In this document: positions 52,776 to 64,000 of the stretch, one piece after another
Layout of the letters: every line of letters begins with the position of its first letter
How positions within the stretch are numbered: position 1 is the stretch's first letter
Assembly: GCA_016748015.1 (NCBI GenBank)
Contig: JAAOMT010000494.1
Span: 299,179 to 363,178, forward strand
DNA: 64,000 nt
Direction of reading: 5' to 3'
Source: Geosiphon pyriformis uo1
Taxonomy: Eukaryota; Fungi; Glomeromycota
Notes under the pieces: model-generated
Seen by the model: the letters and a program-made list of their open reading frames with translations, nothing else
What the model was told of the DNA's origin: nothing
The model's database searches: none
Program-made: the position numbers and the translations under genes

Positions 52776-53619
52776 TAACATAACATCCATACTATACATG
52801 TATATTTACATGTATTTATTTATTTAAAAACTCTGCGTTGTACAAATTTTTTTTTTAACAGTTAAATGGATGCATCAACTTTACAACTTTCTAAAAGGAT
52901 TTTTTAAAAAAAAAAATATTGGCCATTTTTAAACTTAATTTCCCCTTACAGTTTAAAATAGGAATAAAAGACTCCTGAATGTCATTGTTTAGAATACCTT
53001 ATTTATTCATTTTAATCACATTCAAAAATTTTTTACACAACGGTTTTTCATGATAACGTTTCATAGTACTAAAATCACGATCCACGTGTTTTTTTTCACT
53101 TTGTCGGCTACCAAAAAAAAAGTTTCAAAAATTTTTAATCAGTCCGGCGCCCGTTTTTTATGCAATCAATCAAAGTATTATTCGCATTAGTAACGGAACT
53201 TTTTAACTATCTTACATAGTCAAACCATGATGCGGCCTGATTATCAAGATTCACCATAAGATGACTGGATCTTAACATAATCTTGGGAATTTTTTTTTAA
53301 AAAACACTGCTGATTTATGATCCTTTTAAAACGTATTTATACAGTTGACAAACACCTTTAATTTGTCGCTTTTGGACTTTATTCCTTTCCCAAGATTTTA
53401 CCTCTTTCAAAATTTTCACAAAAAGCTTTTTTTTTTCACAAAATCTTTTTCAAAAAAAAAAAAGAACCTTTTACGTTAAAAATCATTAGAATTTCAATAA
53501 ACATTCAATCGATCCAAGTATCCTCTTTTCAAAACTCTCTGATTCAACCCCTAATACCTCTTTTTCAGAATACAAACTCACTTATATTTGGAAAAGGAAT
53601 TTTTTTTTAGGAAAAAGAA

Positions 53620-54653
53620 ATGTCACCAAAAGTTAAGAAACAAAAAATCGAAGACAAAGATAAAGACAAAGGCAAAGAGACAGTCGAAACCAAAGATATC
53701 TCAACCTCTCCCGAAAAAGGCTTATTTAATGATCTTGCCCCTGAACTTTTTATCAACATTTGCAAATTTCTTTCACCTAAAGACTTGTCTAAACTGTTGC
53801 TCGCTTGCCGTCGATTTCACAATTTTCTTTCGACTGTTGATTCATTTTCTACTGAATTAATTTGGCGCGAGGCGCGACTCACGTTTTTTCCAACGTATGA
53901 TCTCCCACCACCTGAAGGTGTTTCTGAATGTGATTACCTTCGTTTGCTTGTTGAAAGAGGTTGTAAGCTTTGTGGAAAGAAAACTACCGGCCCTGCCCAA
54001 ATCCATTGGGAATTTGTGGTCCGCTGTTGCCACGATTGTTTTCTTTCCAACATAATCTAGTACGACTAGGAATTTTGTGGTGAATTCACTTGTTGTTGTA
54101 ATTTCTAATTATCATTGCATTAAGTCAAAGTTTTTTTTTCCCTAATCTTAGCGACCATAGATTATCAAGCGTTGCCTCAATTCCCGATGAACTTATTCCT
54201 GCTCTTCCTTATGGTAGACGCTACAATTGTCAGGTTTATTGGATTCCACAGGTAAAAAAGATTTGTGAGGAGTATAATGCGATTCCTAAAGGAGAACAAG
54301 CCAATTGGTTAAAGGAACATATCGCAAAAGCTCAAAGAGCAGTCAAAGAAAAACTTCCTCGTCAAGCCTCAAGGGTGCGAGCAAACAACCAAAAGAAAAA
54401 TGAGCGACAGCAAGAAATCAAGAGTCGTGTTGAATTAATGTTGAAGGAGACTGATGAATACGGAAATCTAAAGTTTGAACGCGATCGAGTCACAAAATTG
54501 GGCACAATTTATTGGTGGGCAATCACTGCGGATTACACCAATAAATTCACTGATCTTGCTTGGCACCGATTGAGGCGGAAGATAGAGAGTGAATATTACA
54601 AGAACATAAGCATGGACATCGCTGCAAGTAGAATCATTGGAAGGAACAATTAA
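53620..54653 (+). CDS. F-box protein with CxxC...CCxxC Zn motif; exons 53620-54059, 54152-54653
   Basis: F-box FNDLAPELFINICKFLSPKDLSKLLLACRRFHNFL, then IWREAR and RGCKLC...IHWEFVVRCCHDC. A single GT-AG intron joins the two ORFs in frame. Confidence 0.88.
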
Positions 54654-55020
54654 GAAAAATCTTATCAAAAGGTTTCTCGATTAGAACATGGGGTATTGGT
54701 GACATTTATGTTTGGTGTAATGTTGTATTGCATAGAATCAATTATACACGAGGAGACTCTCAAATACAGGGGTTTTTTTAAAGTTTGGTAGTAATTAAGA
54801 AACAAAAAATTTCTGCTTTGCTTGTTTCGCGAGATGGCTCCCTTTAGAAATAGTTTACAACAAGAAAAAAAGGCCAGACAAATGACTCTTTAATTTAAAT
54901 TAGGTATTCAAATTTGGATTTCCAGCGATTTAAATGATGAATTCAAGAGTTGGAAAAATATAATGTTAACAATTTGAAACTATATAACCCAACCTGAAGC
55001 TGATATTTCATGTTTCTCTT

Positions 55021-55047
55021 AACAACAACAACAACAACAACAACAAC
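55021..55047. repeat. (AAC)n microsatellite
   Basis: aacaacaacaacaacaacaacaacaac. Confidence 0.9.
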
Positions 55048-57025
55048 ATGAAAGAGTTCAAATTTTTAGCGAAATTTGCAAACCTTTTTTAAATTTAGTA
55101 CGGCCTTTGCAACGTGAAATTTACTTTGAGACTGATGTGTAAATGATGACTTTTCCAGTTTTAAAAATAAGTTTAAGCAAATTAATTTTTTAATAAATAA
55201 AGAAGTTTTAATTTTTTAATTTAGAGAAAAGAGTATCGACTATTCTAATTAGATTTGATTAAACCTCTTCTCTCTATTAAACCATATAGAGTTCAAATTT
55301 TTTTCAAAAAATAAAAATAAAATACTATTACATAAATATTAAATTAAAAATTTAACACATTTAATCAAATGAAATATTTCATAATGCCCTAAATGTATTA
55401 TATCATATTATTTTGATCTAACATTTATCAATATCTTTGATTTGATTTGGAACGAAAAATTAATTTTAAAAAACAAAGCAATTGATTTTCAAACGCATGG
55501 AAAAAATAGTTTTTTTTTATTTTAATTTTTACACTCTAAAAATATAAATTAATTTTATATAAAATTATATATATATTTGTATCGAGTATCAGCCAAATTT
55601 TTATAACTTTGAAGTTTTTTTTTTTTTTTGTGTTGTGAATCTTTAGACAAATATATATATATATATATTTATATTTATATTTATTTATTTAAAAAAGAGG
55701 CACATGATAAATTTATTTATTTTTAAAAACGATTTTTTCATGAATTTTTAACAAAAATAATTTAGAATAATTTGATATGTCAGAAATTTTTTTCATATTG
55801 AACAATCTTTAAAATTAAGCTAAATCGAAAAAAAAAAATTATGAAAGATTTCTGTAAAACCGTTTAAAATATTTTTAATAAGATTATCTACATTTTTAAA
55901 AACTGTTTAAAATGTATTTTTATCTAATTTTGTTCAAGATTAGAGGTTTTTTTTAGGAATTTTTTTTTGTCACGTGTCGAAATTAATTGATAGGTAAACT
56001 ATGTTAAAGACCATTGTGGGAATTCATTTTCCGACTTGAAGGACAAATTTAGCCTTTTTTTTCTCTCTAGAATTTTTTGTATTCAGATTTAGAGATTAAT
56101 TTTACCTTATGGAGATTAGGATCCTTTTAGAAAAATCTAAAATTTTTTAAAACTATGAGCCTTATAATTTGGAAATTCCCTTTTAAAAAAAAAGGAGGGA
56201 AATTCCCAATTTGATTTTCATGAATGAACTCCAGTTCATTCATAACGAATTTCTTTCTAGAAAATTCTATCGAAGATCTGCATGGAAATCTCCGGAATTG
56301 TAAATATTATAATTTAAAATGGAAATTCTTTTTCTCAAAATATTTAGGAGAAGACTGTACATGTTATCAGAATTTTTAATAAATTCTTCAAATCAGAATA
56401 AGGAAAATTTAATAAAGAAGGTCAACAAATTCCGATATATTTTCAAAGGAAAAAGTCCTCACATTATAGCCGTCTGTATTTCTGAGGTAACAGACTATTA
56501 TTGAAACATTGGCTAATTGTTATAGAAAATATTTTTAATTTTCATTTGCAACAGAAAAATCTAATTCTTCCTGTCATGAGTTCAAAAGAAAATTAATAGC
56601 CTACATTATGGCGGGAGGAACTTACTGTTGATTCGAATTTTTTGAACATTTTATTTAAAATCTTGTATTTTCTTGTGTTATTAAATAGGATATTAAATGT
56701 ATTGTGATTAAAATGTAGCAGTTAACAAATTGTTTTTAAATCTGAACCGAATATAATTTAAAATAAATATAATGGTTAATTTCTATAAAATGATCCAATA
56801 ATAAGAGAAGAAGAAGAAGAAAAAGAAAAAGAAAAAGAAGAAAAGGTAATTAAAATAAAAATTTTATTTAAACACACCCTCAAAGATTGAACTTGAACCA
56901 AAATTTATCAGTAATAAATTGACAATTTCAGACTTTCCTAAGAATTATATATAATAAACAAAACTTTAAATAAAAATCAGAAAAATTTTTTAATAACCAG
57001 TTCAACTTTTAAATAATAATTTAAC

Positions 57026-57577
57026 ATGAATGCTCAGGAAAAATTCGAATTTTTCTTTGACCAATATCTTACCCACATAAATCTTCAAGAGAATACAGTT
57101 ACATTGCCTTCGGTCAAAGATCTTTGGAATAATTATCCAAAAAATTTGAAAATTGCCTTGGGAAAAGCTCATATCAATGATTTACCGAGTCCAATTCTCT
57201 GTCAGTATTTTTCTTTTATTACTTCTAAAGAAAATTTGGCTTCTATGTCAACCAAAGACTCACATAAACCTCAAGAGAGTTTACAATTCAATCAACCTGC
57301 CTCCAATTCTATCGATATAAATTCTGTCGAAATGGGCTCTCAACCAATGACAGCTAAACGGAATTCCAGCGATCAAATAAATGCAGTTACCTCATCCAAT
57401 AATAACCTTTCATACAGCCACAAAAAAGATTATTATGCGGTGCAAGTTGACCAAGAATTTCTTGAAAAAGGAGGACGTTTCCCTCACTTAATAACCGGAG
57501 AGAAGGTTGTTAACCATAATAACTTGATAAATTCATTTGATATAAACGAGGCATACGAATTTGCCAAACAAAAATGA
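57026..57577 (+). CDS. Hypothetical protein (183 aa)
   Basis: ATG-initiated ORF with coding-like composition inside an AT-rich background, with TATA-like sequence upstream. No family recognised. Confidence 0.55.
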   Translation: MNAQEKFEFFFDQYLTHINLQENTVTLPSVKDLWNNYPKNLKIALGKAHINDLPSPILCQYFSFITSKENLASMSTKDSHKPQESLQFNQPASNSIDINSVEMGSQPMTAKRNSSDQINAVTSSNNNLSYSHKKDYYAVQVDQEFLEKGGRFPHLITGEKVVNHNNLINSFDINEAYEFAKQK

Positions 57578-57596
57578 TTATTATTATTATACCATA

Positions 57597-57638
<42 letters not shown>

Positions 57639-57652
57639 GTTATTATTATTAT
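57577..57652. repeat. (ATT)n microsatellite
   Basis: Long attattatt run immediately after the ORF. Confidence 0.9.
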
Positions 57653-59864
57653 TATTTTTGTTTTTTCTTGAAAATCTTTTATCTTTCACAGATTTGACCG
57701 AACAAATATTTATGAAATAAAAAGTATTCTTCATACCGGATAAAAATGAAATTTTTCATGTGTTTATCCCTTTAAAAGTTAGAGTTTCAAAAAAATTTCT
57801 GTATAAAAGAGAAATGAGGGTATCCAGCAAAAAACATTCTTGAATTCAAAAATCTAAAATGATTAAAAGCTAATTTCTTTTAGAATTTCAAACAATTAGT
57901 TCATTCAATATAATATTTTAATCACAATACTTTTTGTGATATCAAATAGGATAAAAAACTTATTGAATTAGCAATTCAGAAGAATTATCACTAAAAAGAT
58001 TTTTATTCGTTGTGTTGCAAAACTATATCATTATACTTTTAAATAACTAGGAAACAAAATATTTTACAATAAAATCATCAAAGATACAATGGTTAAAAAA
58101 TATTTGATCATTAAATATTTCTTACAATGATTTCAAACTAAAAAAAAAAAACTAAAGTACAATTCACAAAAAATATATTTGTCATTTCAAAAATTACACA
58201 TGAAGATTTGGAAACAATATATTGCAAAAAAATTCTTTAATGTTAATTAAAATACGGTATTTTTTAGATAATAATTAATTTACTTTATAATAAATTTTAG
58301 CCAATTTGTCACAAATATTTATAGATAAATTTAAAAATATTTATATGTAAATAAATATTTCAAAACATTTAATTTTTTTTAAATAATTATATTTGATATT
58401 CAATATAAAATTTAAAAAGAGTAAGCAAAAAAAAACATAATTTTTCAAAAAAAAATGATAAATTTAATTTATTACATCTAATTCAAAAAAAAAAAGTTTA
58501 TTTTTCAATAAATTGATATTTTAAAAAAAAAATTTTCTTACATTTATCCCTTTTAAAACCAACTAATTTAATATTTTGTAACTAATCATACATAATTTTA
58601 CTAAAATAAAATTGGGTACTTAAATTGACAATTAAATTCATAATTAAATTTATGAGCAAAATACACACAAATATAATATAAAATTCAAACATAAATTTCG
58701 TAAATTTTCAAGCTTACTCTTGATAAATCTATAAATTTTTCTTATACAATTTACAAAGTTTTATTTTAATCAAGAAATTAAATTTGACAATAAAATTTCA
58801 AAAATTGACAAGACATTCTGAATATCATAAAAATTTTTAGTTTTATTTAAAAAAATATCAACTTATTATTACTTTGACATTATATTATCAAAAGAAATTA
58901 AAAGTTGAAAAAAAATTTAAAAATTTTATTTGGCTTAAATAATCGATTATTTGTGAAATAATATAATTTTTAATAATTTAATTAATCCATTTTTCTTATA
59001 TAGATTAATATTTTTGTAATTAATATAAATTTTTAATTAAATTTCAAAAATTTTAATAATCATATCTAACTCACTTGATAGTTAAAATTTTATTTTTTTT
59101 TATTCAACTTCAAAATAAACGAAAAAATTTGTTTATTTTCAAAATTAACAATAATCAGAAAATTCAATGTCTTGTGTGTTATATAAAAATAAATATTGAT
59201 TTTTGTATTTATAAAAATAGTCAATTTTTGTTTTAATTCAGATTTGTTTTTATAAATTAAAAAAGTTATATTTTATGCAAAAGTCTAATTTTTAATTGTT
59301 TTTAAGTTAAACGATTTATATATTCTGATAATTATAATTAAAAATAAATTTGTTTAAAAATTCTTTTAAATTTTGAGACAAAATAAACTAATCAATTTTT
59401 TGAAATCATTAGCTAGTTAATTTTTGTTGATTTGTGTTTCAAAACAATAAGTATTTTTATTTTAAGTGTATTAATATATTATAAAAAATATTGTTTTATT
59501 ATAAAATTTTATTAAAAATATACATTTTTTAAATAAAAAAAGCTTTTTTATATATTTTTAAATTGTATTATTTTAAGTTTTAATATTTTTTGTAAAAATT
59601 TTAATAAACTATTAAACAATTCTTAATGTTAAATATTTTATAATATAATTATAATATTTACTTATATTTGTATATATTACAAAAATTGTTATTTATTACT
59701 TTTTTTGTAGTTTTTTAAAAAAAAATTTATATTGTTACAAATTAAAATAACATATTTATTGATAACAAAATAATTACAAAATAATTAAAGAAAATTTTTA
59801 TTAAAAGAGTAAATTAAATATGCATGTATTTAATGTGTAAATTAGTTTTTTTTTTTTTATTGTT

Positions 59865-60830
59865 GTTACCGGAGTCTAGCTATTGTTTTAAATTCATTGT
59901 GTATTGGGTTTTTCTGTACTTTTTAAGATATTACTAAATAGTCTTTATACTTCTCTAATTATTATCGAAAGTTGTTGTAATCTCTGGTAATGTATTTATC
60001 TCCAAAGTATCTCTTTATACTTTGAATGGTGTATGCTGTTGGGCTTATATAATGGCCAATTCCATGCCAATAATCTTTATCTAGTTACTTTGTGTTGAAA
60101 GTCAACTCTCTTACAGGAATCCTCCTTCTGTAGGCTCTTCAAAAATAACAAAAGTAAAAATAAAAATAAAAGAATTTAAAATAAAAATATGTGTTTTTCC
60201 AATATGAATTTCAAACTAGTCTCGCGAGTTGTCATTTTTCTAATTATTAAATCTCAGTTTAAATCGGAGCTTAAAACGAAGTTTCAAGATTTAACATTCA
60301 AAAATTAATCTACCAGATTAATTTTAATTGTCTATTAGTTTCGGGTTTTTGAATTTTATCGAATTTAAAAGTCATAATAATTTTTAAGAAAAGAGAGAGA
60401 AATAAATGTTTTAACATTAAATATTTCATTTTAATAATTAGGAAATTAAAAGATTACATTTTTATTTCAAATGTAGAGAATATTACTCTGCTAAATATCT
60501 ATTGTAAGATACATTTCTTGAAAGAGAAAAGCTCTTCTTTTATACAAGTTTTCGTTTCACTATTTTATGTTCTTGAACTTTTTGTTCTTTCTAAAATATT
60601 TATTAATTTCTGTAAATAAATATGAATTTCAATGAACTATTCATTAATGCGAAGAACTTTGATTAATTTCAACCTAAACTTGTTGAACTTTTTCTAATTT
60701 ATTTGAAATCTATCTAAAAATGCATGGACTTCTTGAATTTCAGCCTGAACTGCTTGAAATTGCTCTTGTATTCAAAGTTTACGGTTCTGCATACGATCTA
60801 CATACTTTCTGTAGATCAATGCTAATTTCG
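59865..60830 (-). pseudogene. Decayed coding sequence, probably a retroelement-derived fragment
   Basis: Minus-strand frames read as protein apart from scattered stops: RRRIPVRELTFNTK*LDKDYWHGIGHYISPTAYTIQSIKRYFGDKYITRDYNNFR**LEKYKDY..., and a coiled-coil-like IQEQFQAVQAEIQEVHAFLDRFQ. Confidence 0.4.
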
Positions 60831-62241
60831 TTTAACATTATTAACTAATAATTAAATAACTAAATTAAAAGATTGGATAATTGAATAACTGGGTAATAAA
60901 TAATTGGATAAATAAATAAATAAATAAAGTAACTGATAAATAGTAAATAAGAAATTATAAATAATTTAAAATATTTTTTTAATGCTTTTGTATTCTTATC
61001 TTTTTTTCTGATAATATCAACAAACAAAAGCAGTTTTAATAGCTTTAAAAGACCCAAAATACATTATAGCATATTGCTACAAACAACAAACTTTAGCTTA
61101 ACATTTAAAATTTTATTAAAAAATATCTAAAAAAATGTTATACAAAATTATAACAACAAAAATAAAAGCAAAAACAGATATTATAAAAGATTTTACAATT
61201 TTAAAAGTGCTAAAAAAAAGAAAATTAGCAAGTAATATTTAAATATTATTATTCAAGAAAACCTAAAATACAAACTCTATACAAAAAAATTTAATATTGT
61301 TTTTAATAACCAATTTTAACTAAAACACAAACTTAATATAAACTAATTTGGTTTTAGCATTTTTATTAGATATTAAAATAAAGATTATCTATTTAATAAT
61401 TGGTAAATATTTTCTAGATATTAATAGAAGTTGTATGTAAAAACATAATTTGTTTAACTTTTAAAATGAATAATAATTAATTAGATATTAATATATTAAG
61501 CAATTTAGCCATATACTAATAAGAACCAACTTTAACAATATGTTGTTATTACTATTATCTAAATAAAAAAGACTATTGTTTATGGCCAAATTTAGATTAA
61601 GTACTATAATTGGTACAGTTATAACAGGACTAATGTAAATATCAGAAAAACAAAAAAAACCAATATCTCTATTTTTCACAAAAAAAAGCAGGCTTTAATT
61701 CAAAAAAGATAATCTGAAAGACATTAAAAGAAAAATTTTCCTCAAGTATTTTGAAAAATTGGCAGCAGCAGTTTTGAGAAAGAAAAAAGTTTGGTTATTT
61801 GCTCTTTTGGTCTTTTAAACAGTAGTAAGAGAGGTTGTAAAGAAAAAAGAGTAGCTTTGTTATCAGCTTGTAAAAGTGATAATTACACTAAAACTGGTTC
61901 TAATATGATTGCCACTTGGAAAAGACTTGGATGGAGAAAAACTCTTATTCAAAGCCAAAGACTACTTTGTATTTATATTATTTAAGAGAAGCGTTTCAAA
62001 AAAATACTGCATAGCTAATTTTACTATAGAAAAAACTTCGAAAGTACTATAACTGGTTAAAAAAAATAAGTGCTTCCTTTTTATTCTTTGCTCTGGTTGT
62101 GATCATAAAAATATGAAAGAAAAAAAGATTTTTTTATTCATAACTAAAAATAAAAATATTAAATTGTAAATTTATAACCAGCTCAAAATTTAGTTTAAAA
62201 ATCACATGTGTTTTTTAATATTAGATTTAATATTAACTTTG

Positions 62242-63159
62242 TATTCAAAATTGTGTAAAAAGAGTTAATAAATAACTTAAGAGTTTTAACATTTGAAATA
62301 AACATAATTTATTAAACAACTTTTTTGTAGTTCCAAAGTTGATTAGCTGCTAACTTTGTTGAGTTTAATTTAGTTCTCTAATTTTTGAAACCCAGAATTA
62401 ATTCACTTATAATTAATTCACAAATTTAACTTATCATCTTGGACAAATGCATTAAAATTACACTAGAATCGGTTGATTTAGAATTTTCAAAGCCAGGTTT
62501 TTGTAAAACTACGCCATTTCTCACTTGAACAAATGAGATATTTTATACCCTTTTATCACAACCCATCACAAAATATTAACTTCGCCACAATACCGTATTT
62601 CGCCAATTTACCCCCTTTTATTTCATTTTTAAAAAACATAACTAAATAAATAAAAATTTTCAGCATTTAATTTAAATAAAGATTTCATAATCCAAGGAAG
62701 TTTCCTTGCATCCAATGGATAGATATTAAAAAAATTATTTTTTACGTTTATGTTAGAATTATTTAAGTAGGAAAAGAGATTTATCAATGAATTCTTAAAA
62801 TAGTTCCTGCGGTCATCATCAAATAGAGTTTATTTCCAGAAAATGGGTCTCATTTAAAATTGAAAATAGCAATCACAATGAGAAACATATACTGTACATT
62901 CGTTTATAATTCCTTCCCAGACCATCTCTACCCGTTTAATCAATCCCAATGACAGAATCTAGCCTTATGAAGTAAGCATTTATATCAAGAATTTTTCTTT
63001 CACATTCTCGCGTTTAAGAATTATTCCAAGCGAATGTGATTTAAAAAAAATCATACGTTAAAAATCCTTATTTATTAGCCAGATAAACTCTTTCAAGTCC
63101 TTCTTTCACCACACAAAATTTTTATAGTTTAATAATCCCTTTGTGTTTATTTAAAAATC
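62242..63159 (+). repeat. Diverged duplicate of the Sel1-kinase upstream region (12303-13472)
   Basis: Collinear homology with indels. Confidence 0.9.
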
Positions 63160-64000
63160 ATGCTTTCAACATCATCAATTTCAATTGAAAATGTAACTTC
63201 ACATTTCGGCTGGGTTGAAGGAGCATTCATTGTCATTAAAGAAAATTTGAACAATTTTCCAAGCGACAATTATTCAAGAATTGCTGACTTTGTTAAAGAA
63301 TATTTTGAACGCAATCATAAAACACCCGAAGATTTATTCGATTACTTAAACAATAAAAGTTCAAGAAGTTCAATAGACTATATTTTGCTTGGCTTTTCTT
63401 TAGAACATGGGGTTGGAACTATTCCTAATTCAAAAAAAGCATTTTTAGAATTTCAGAAAGCAGCGAATTCAGAATTTTCTTTTGGACAATTCTTCTTAGG
63501 TCGTTGTTATGATCATGGAATTGGTACTCATCCAGATCGAGGAAAAGCATTTGAATTCTATTCAAAAGCAGCCGAGATGGGAAATACCCTTGCACAAAAC
63601 ACTCTTGGATGGTTTTATCTAAATGGATTAGAAACAGCGAAAAATGTGGAAAAAGCATTTAAACTCTATTCAAAAGCAGCAGAGGCGGGAAATATTCTTG
63701 CACAAAACAGTCTTGGATGGTGTTATCAAAATGGATTAGGAACAACGAAAAATCTGGAAAAAGCATTTGAATTTTATTCAAAAGCAGCAGAGGCGGGAAA
63801 TATCCTTGCACAAAACAGTCTTGGATGGTGTTATCAAAATGGATTAGGAACAACGAAAAATCTGGAAAAAGCATTTGAACTTTATTCAAAAGCAGCAGAG
63901 GTGGGAAATACAAATGCACAAAACAACCTTGGATGGTGTTATCAAAATGGATTAGGAACAACGAAAAATGTGGCGAAAGCATTTGAATTCTATTCAAAAG
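63160..64000 (+). CDS. Second Sel1-repeat kinase paralog, 5' part (runs off the window)
   Basis: ATGCTTTCAACATCATCA... is identical to 13473 onward except S->N (gaaagt->gaaaat), K->E (aaaaaa->aaagaa) and the absence of one 108-bp repeat. The kinase domain is inferred to lie beyond the window. Confidence 0.92.
   Translation, partial: MLSTSSISIENVTSHFGWVEGAFIVIKENLNNFPSDNYSRIADFVKEYFERNHKTPEDLFDYLNNKSSRSSIDYILLGFSLEHGVGTIPNSKKAFLEFQKAANSEFSFGQFFLGRCYDHGIGTHPDRGKAFEFYSKAAEMGNTLAQNTLGWFYLNGLETAKNVEKAFKLYSKAAEAGNILAQNSLGWCYQNGLGTTKNLEKAFEFYSKAAEAGNILAQNSLGWCYQNGLGTTKNLEKAFELYSKAAEVGNTNAQNNLGWCYQNGLGTTKNVAKAFEFYSK

Noticed and set aside
57510-57734. Poly-Asn ORF (also the poly-Asp/FV ORF at 52497-52799)
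   Set aside because: Produced by microsatellites.
62242-64000. Second kinase copy as an uncollapsed allelic haplotype
   Set aside because: The promoters are heavily diverged and the further upstream flanks are unrelated, which fits paralogy better.
1-64000. tRNA/rRNA genes and U12-type introns
   Set aside because: No cloverleaf, rRNA-like tract or RTATCCTT donor inside a gene was seen by eye; tRNAscan-SE or Infernal would be needed to exclude them.

Overview
Eukaryotic, intron-rich fungal DNA. Sel1-repeat/TKL-kinase genes, short AT-rich introns and extremely AT-rich intergenic blocks point to Glomeromycotina (arbuscular-mycorrhizal or Geosiphon-like); the taxon is an inference. Gene islands alternate with AT-rich blocks that look like decayed repeats. 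Spliced gene models built by hand: a two-domain DUF8032/Adn1-like protein (with a GC-AG intron), an N-terminal Sel1-repeat + Zn-finger + non-RD kinase, a GPI-anchored Ser/Thr-rich protein, a DM9-repeat lectin, HEI10, an SKA3-like kinetochore protein, a RalGAP-alpha-like protein, an F-box protein and several hypotheticals. The ORF track misses a full-length mutated U2 snRNA copy (8384-8568, minus), a fossil Tc1/mariner transposase (9816-10650, minus) and a second Sel1-kinase copy starting at 63160. The best candidate for an undescribed system is the Sel1-kinase pair about 50 kb apart. Over the part visible in both, the coding sequences differ only by two missense SNPs and one precise 108-bp Sel1 repeat indel, while their promoters are much more diverged. 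This resembles a repeat-shuffling, gene-conversion-homogenised receptor kinase family, analogous to the hypervariable repeat arrays of fungal NLR/HET proteins.
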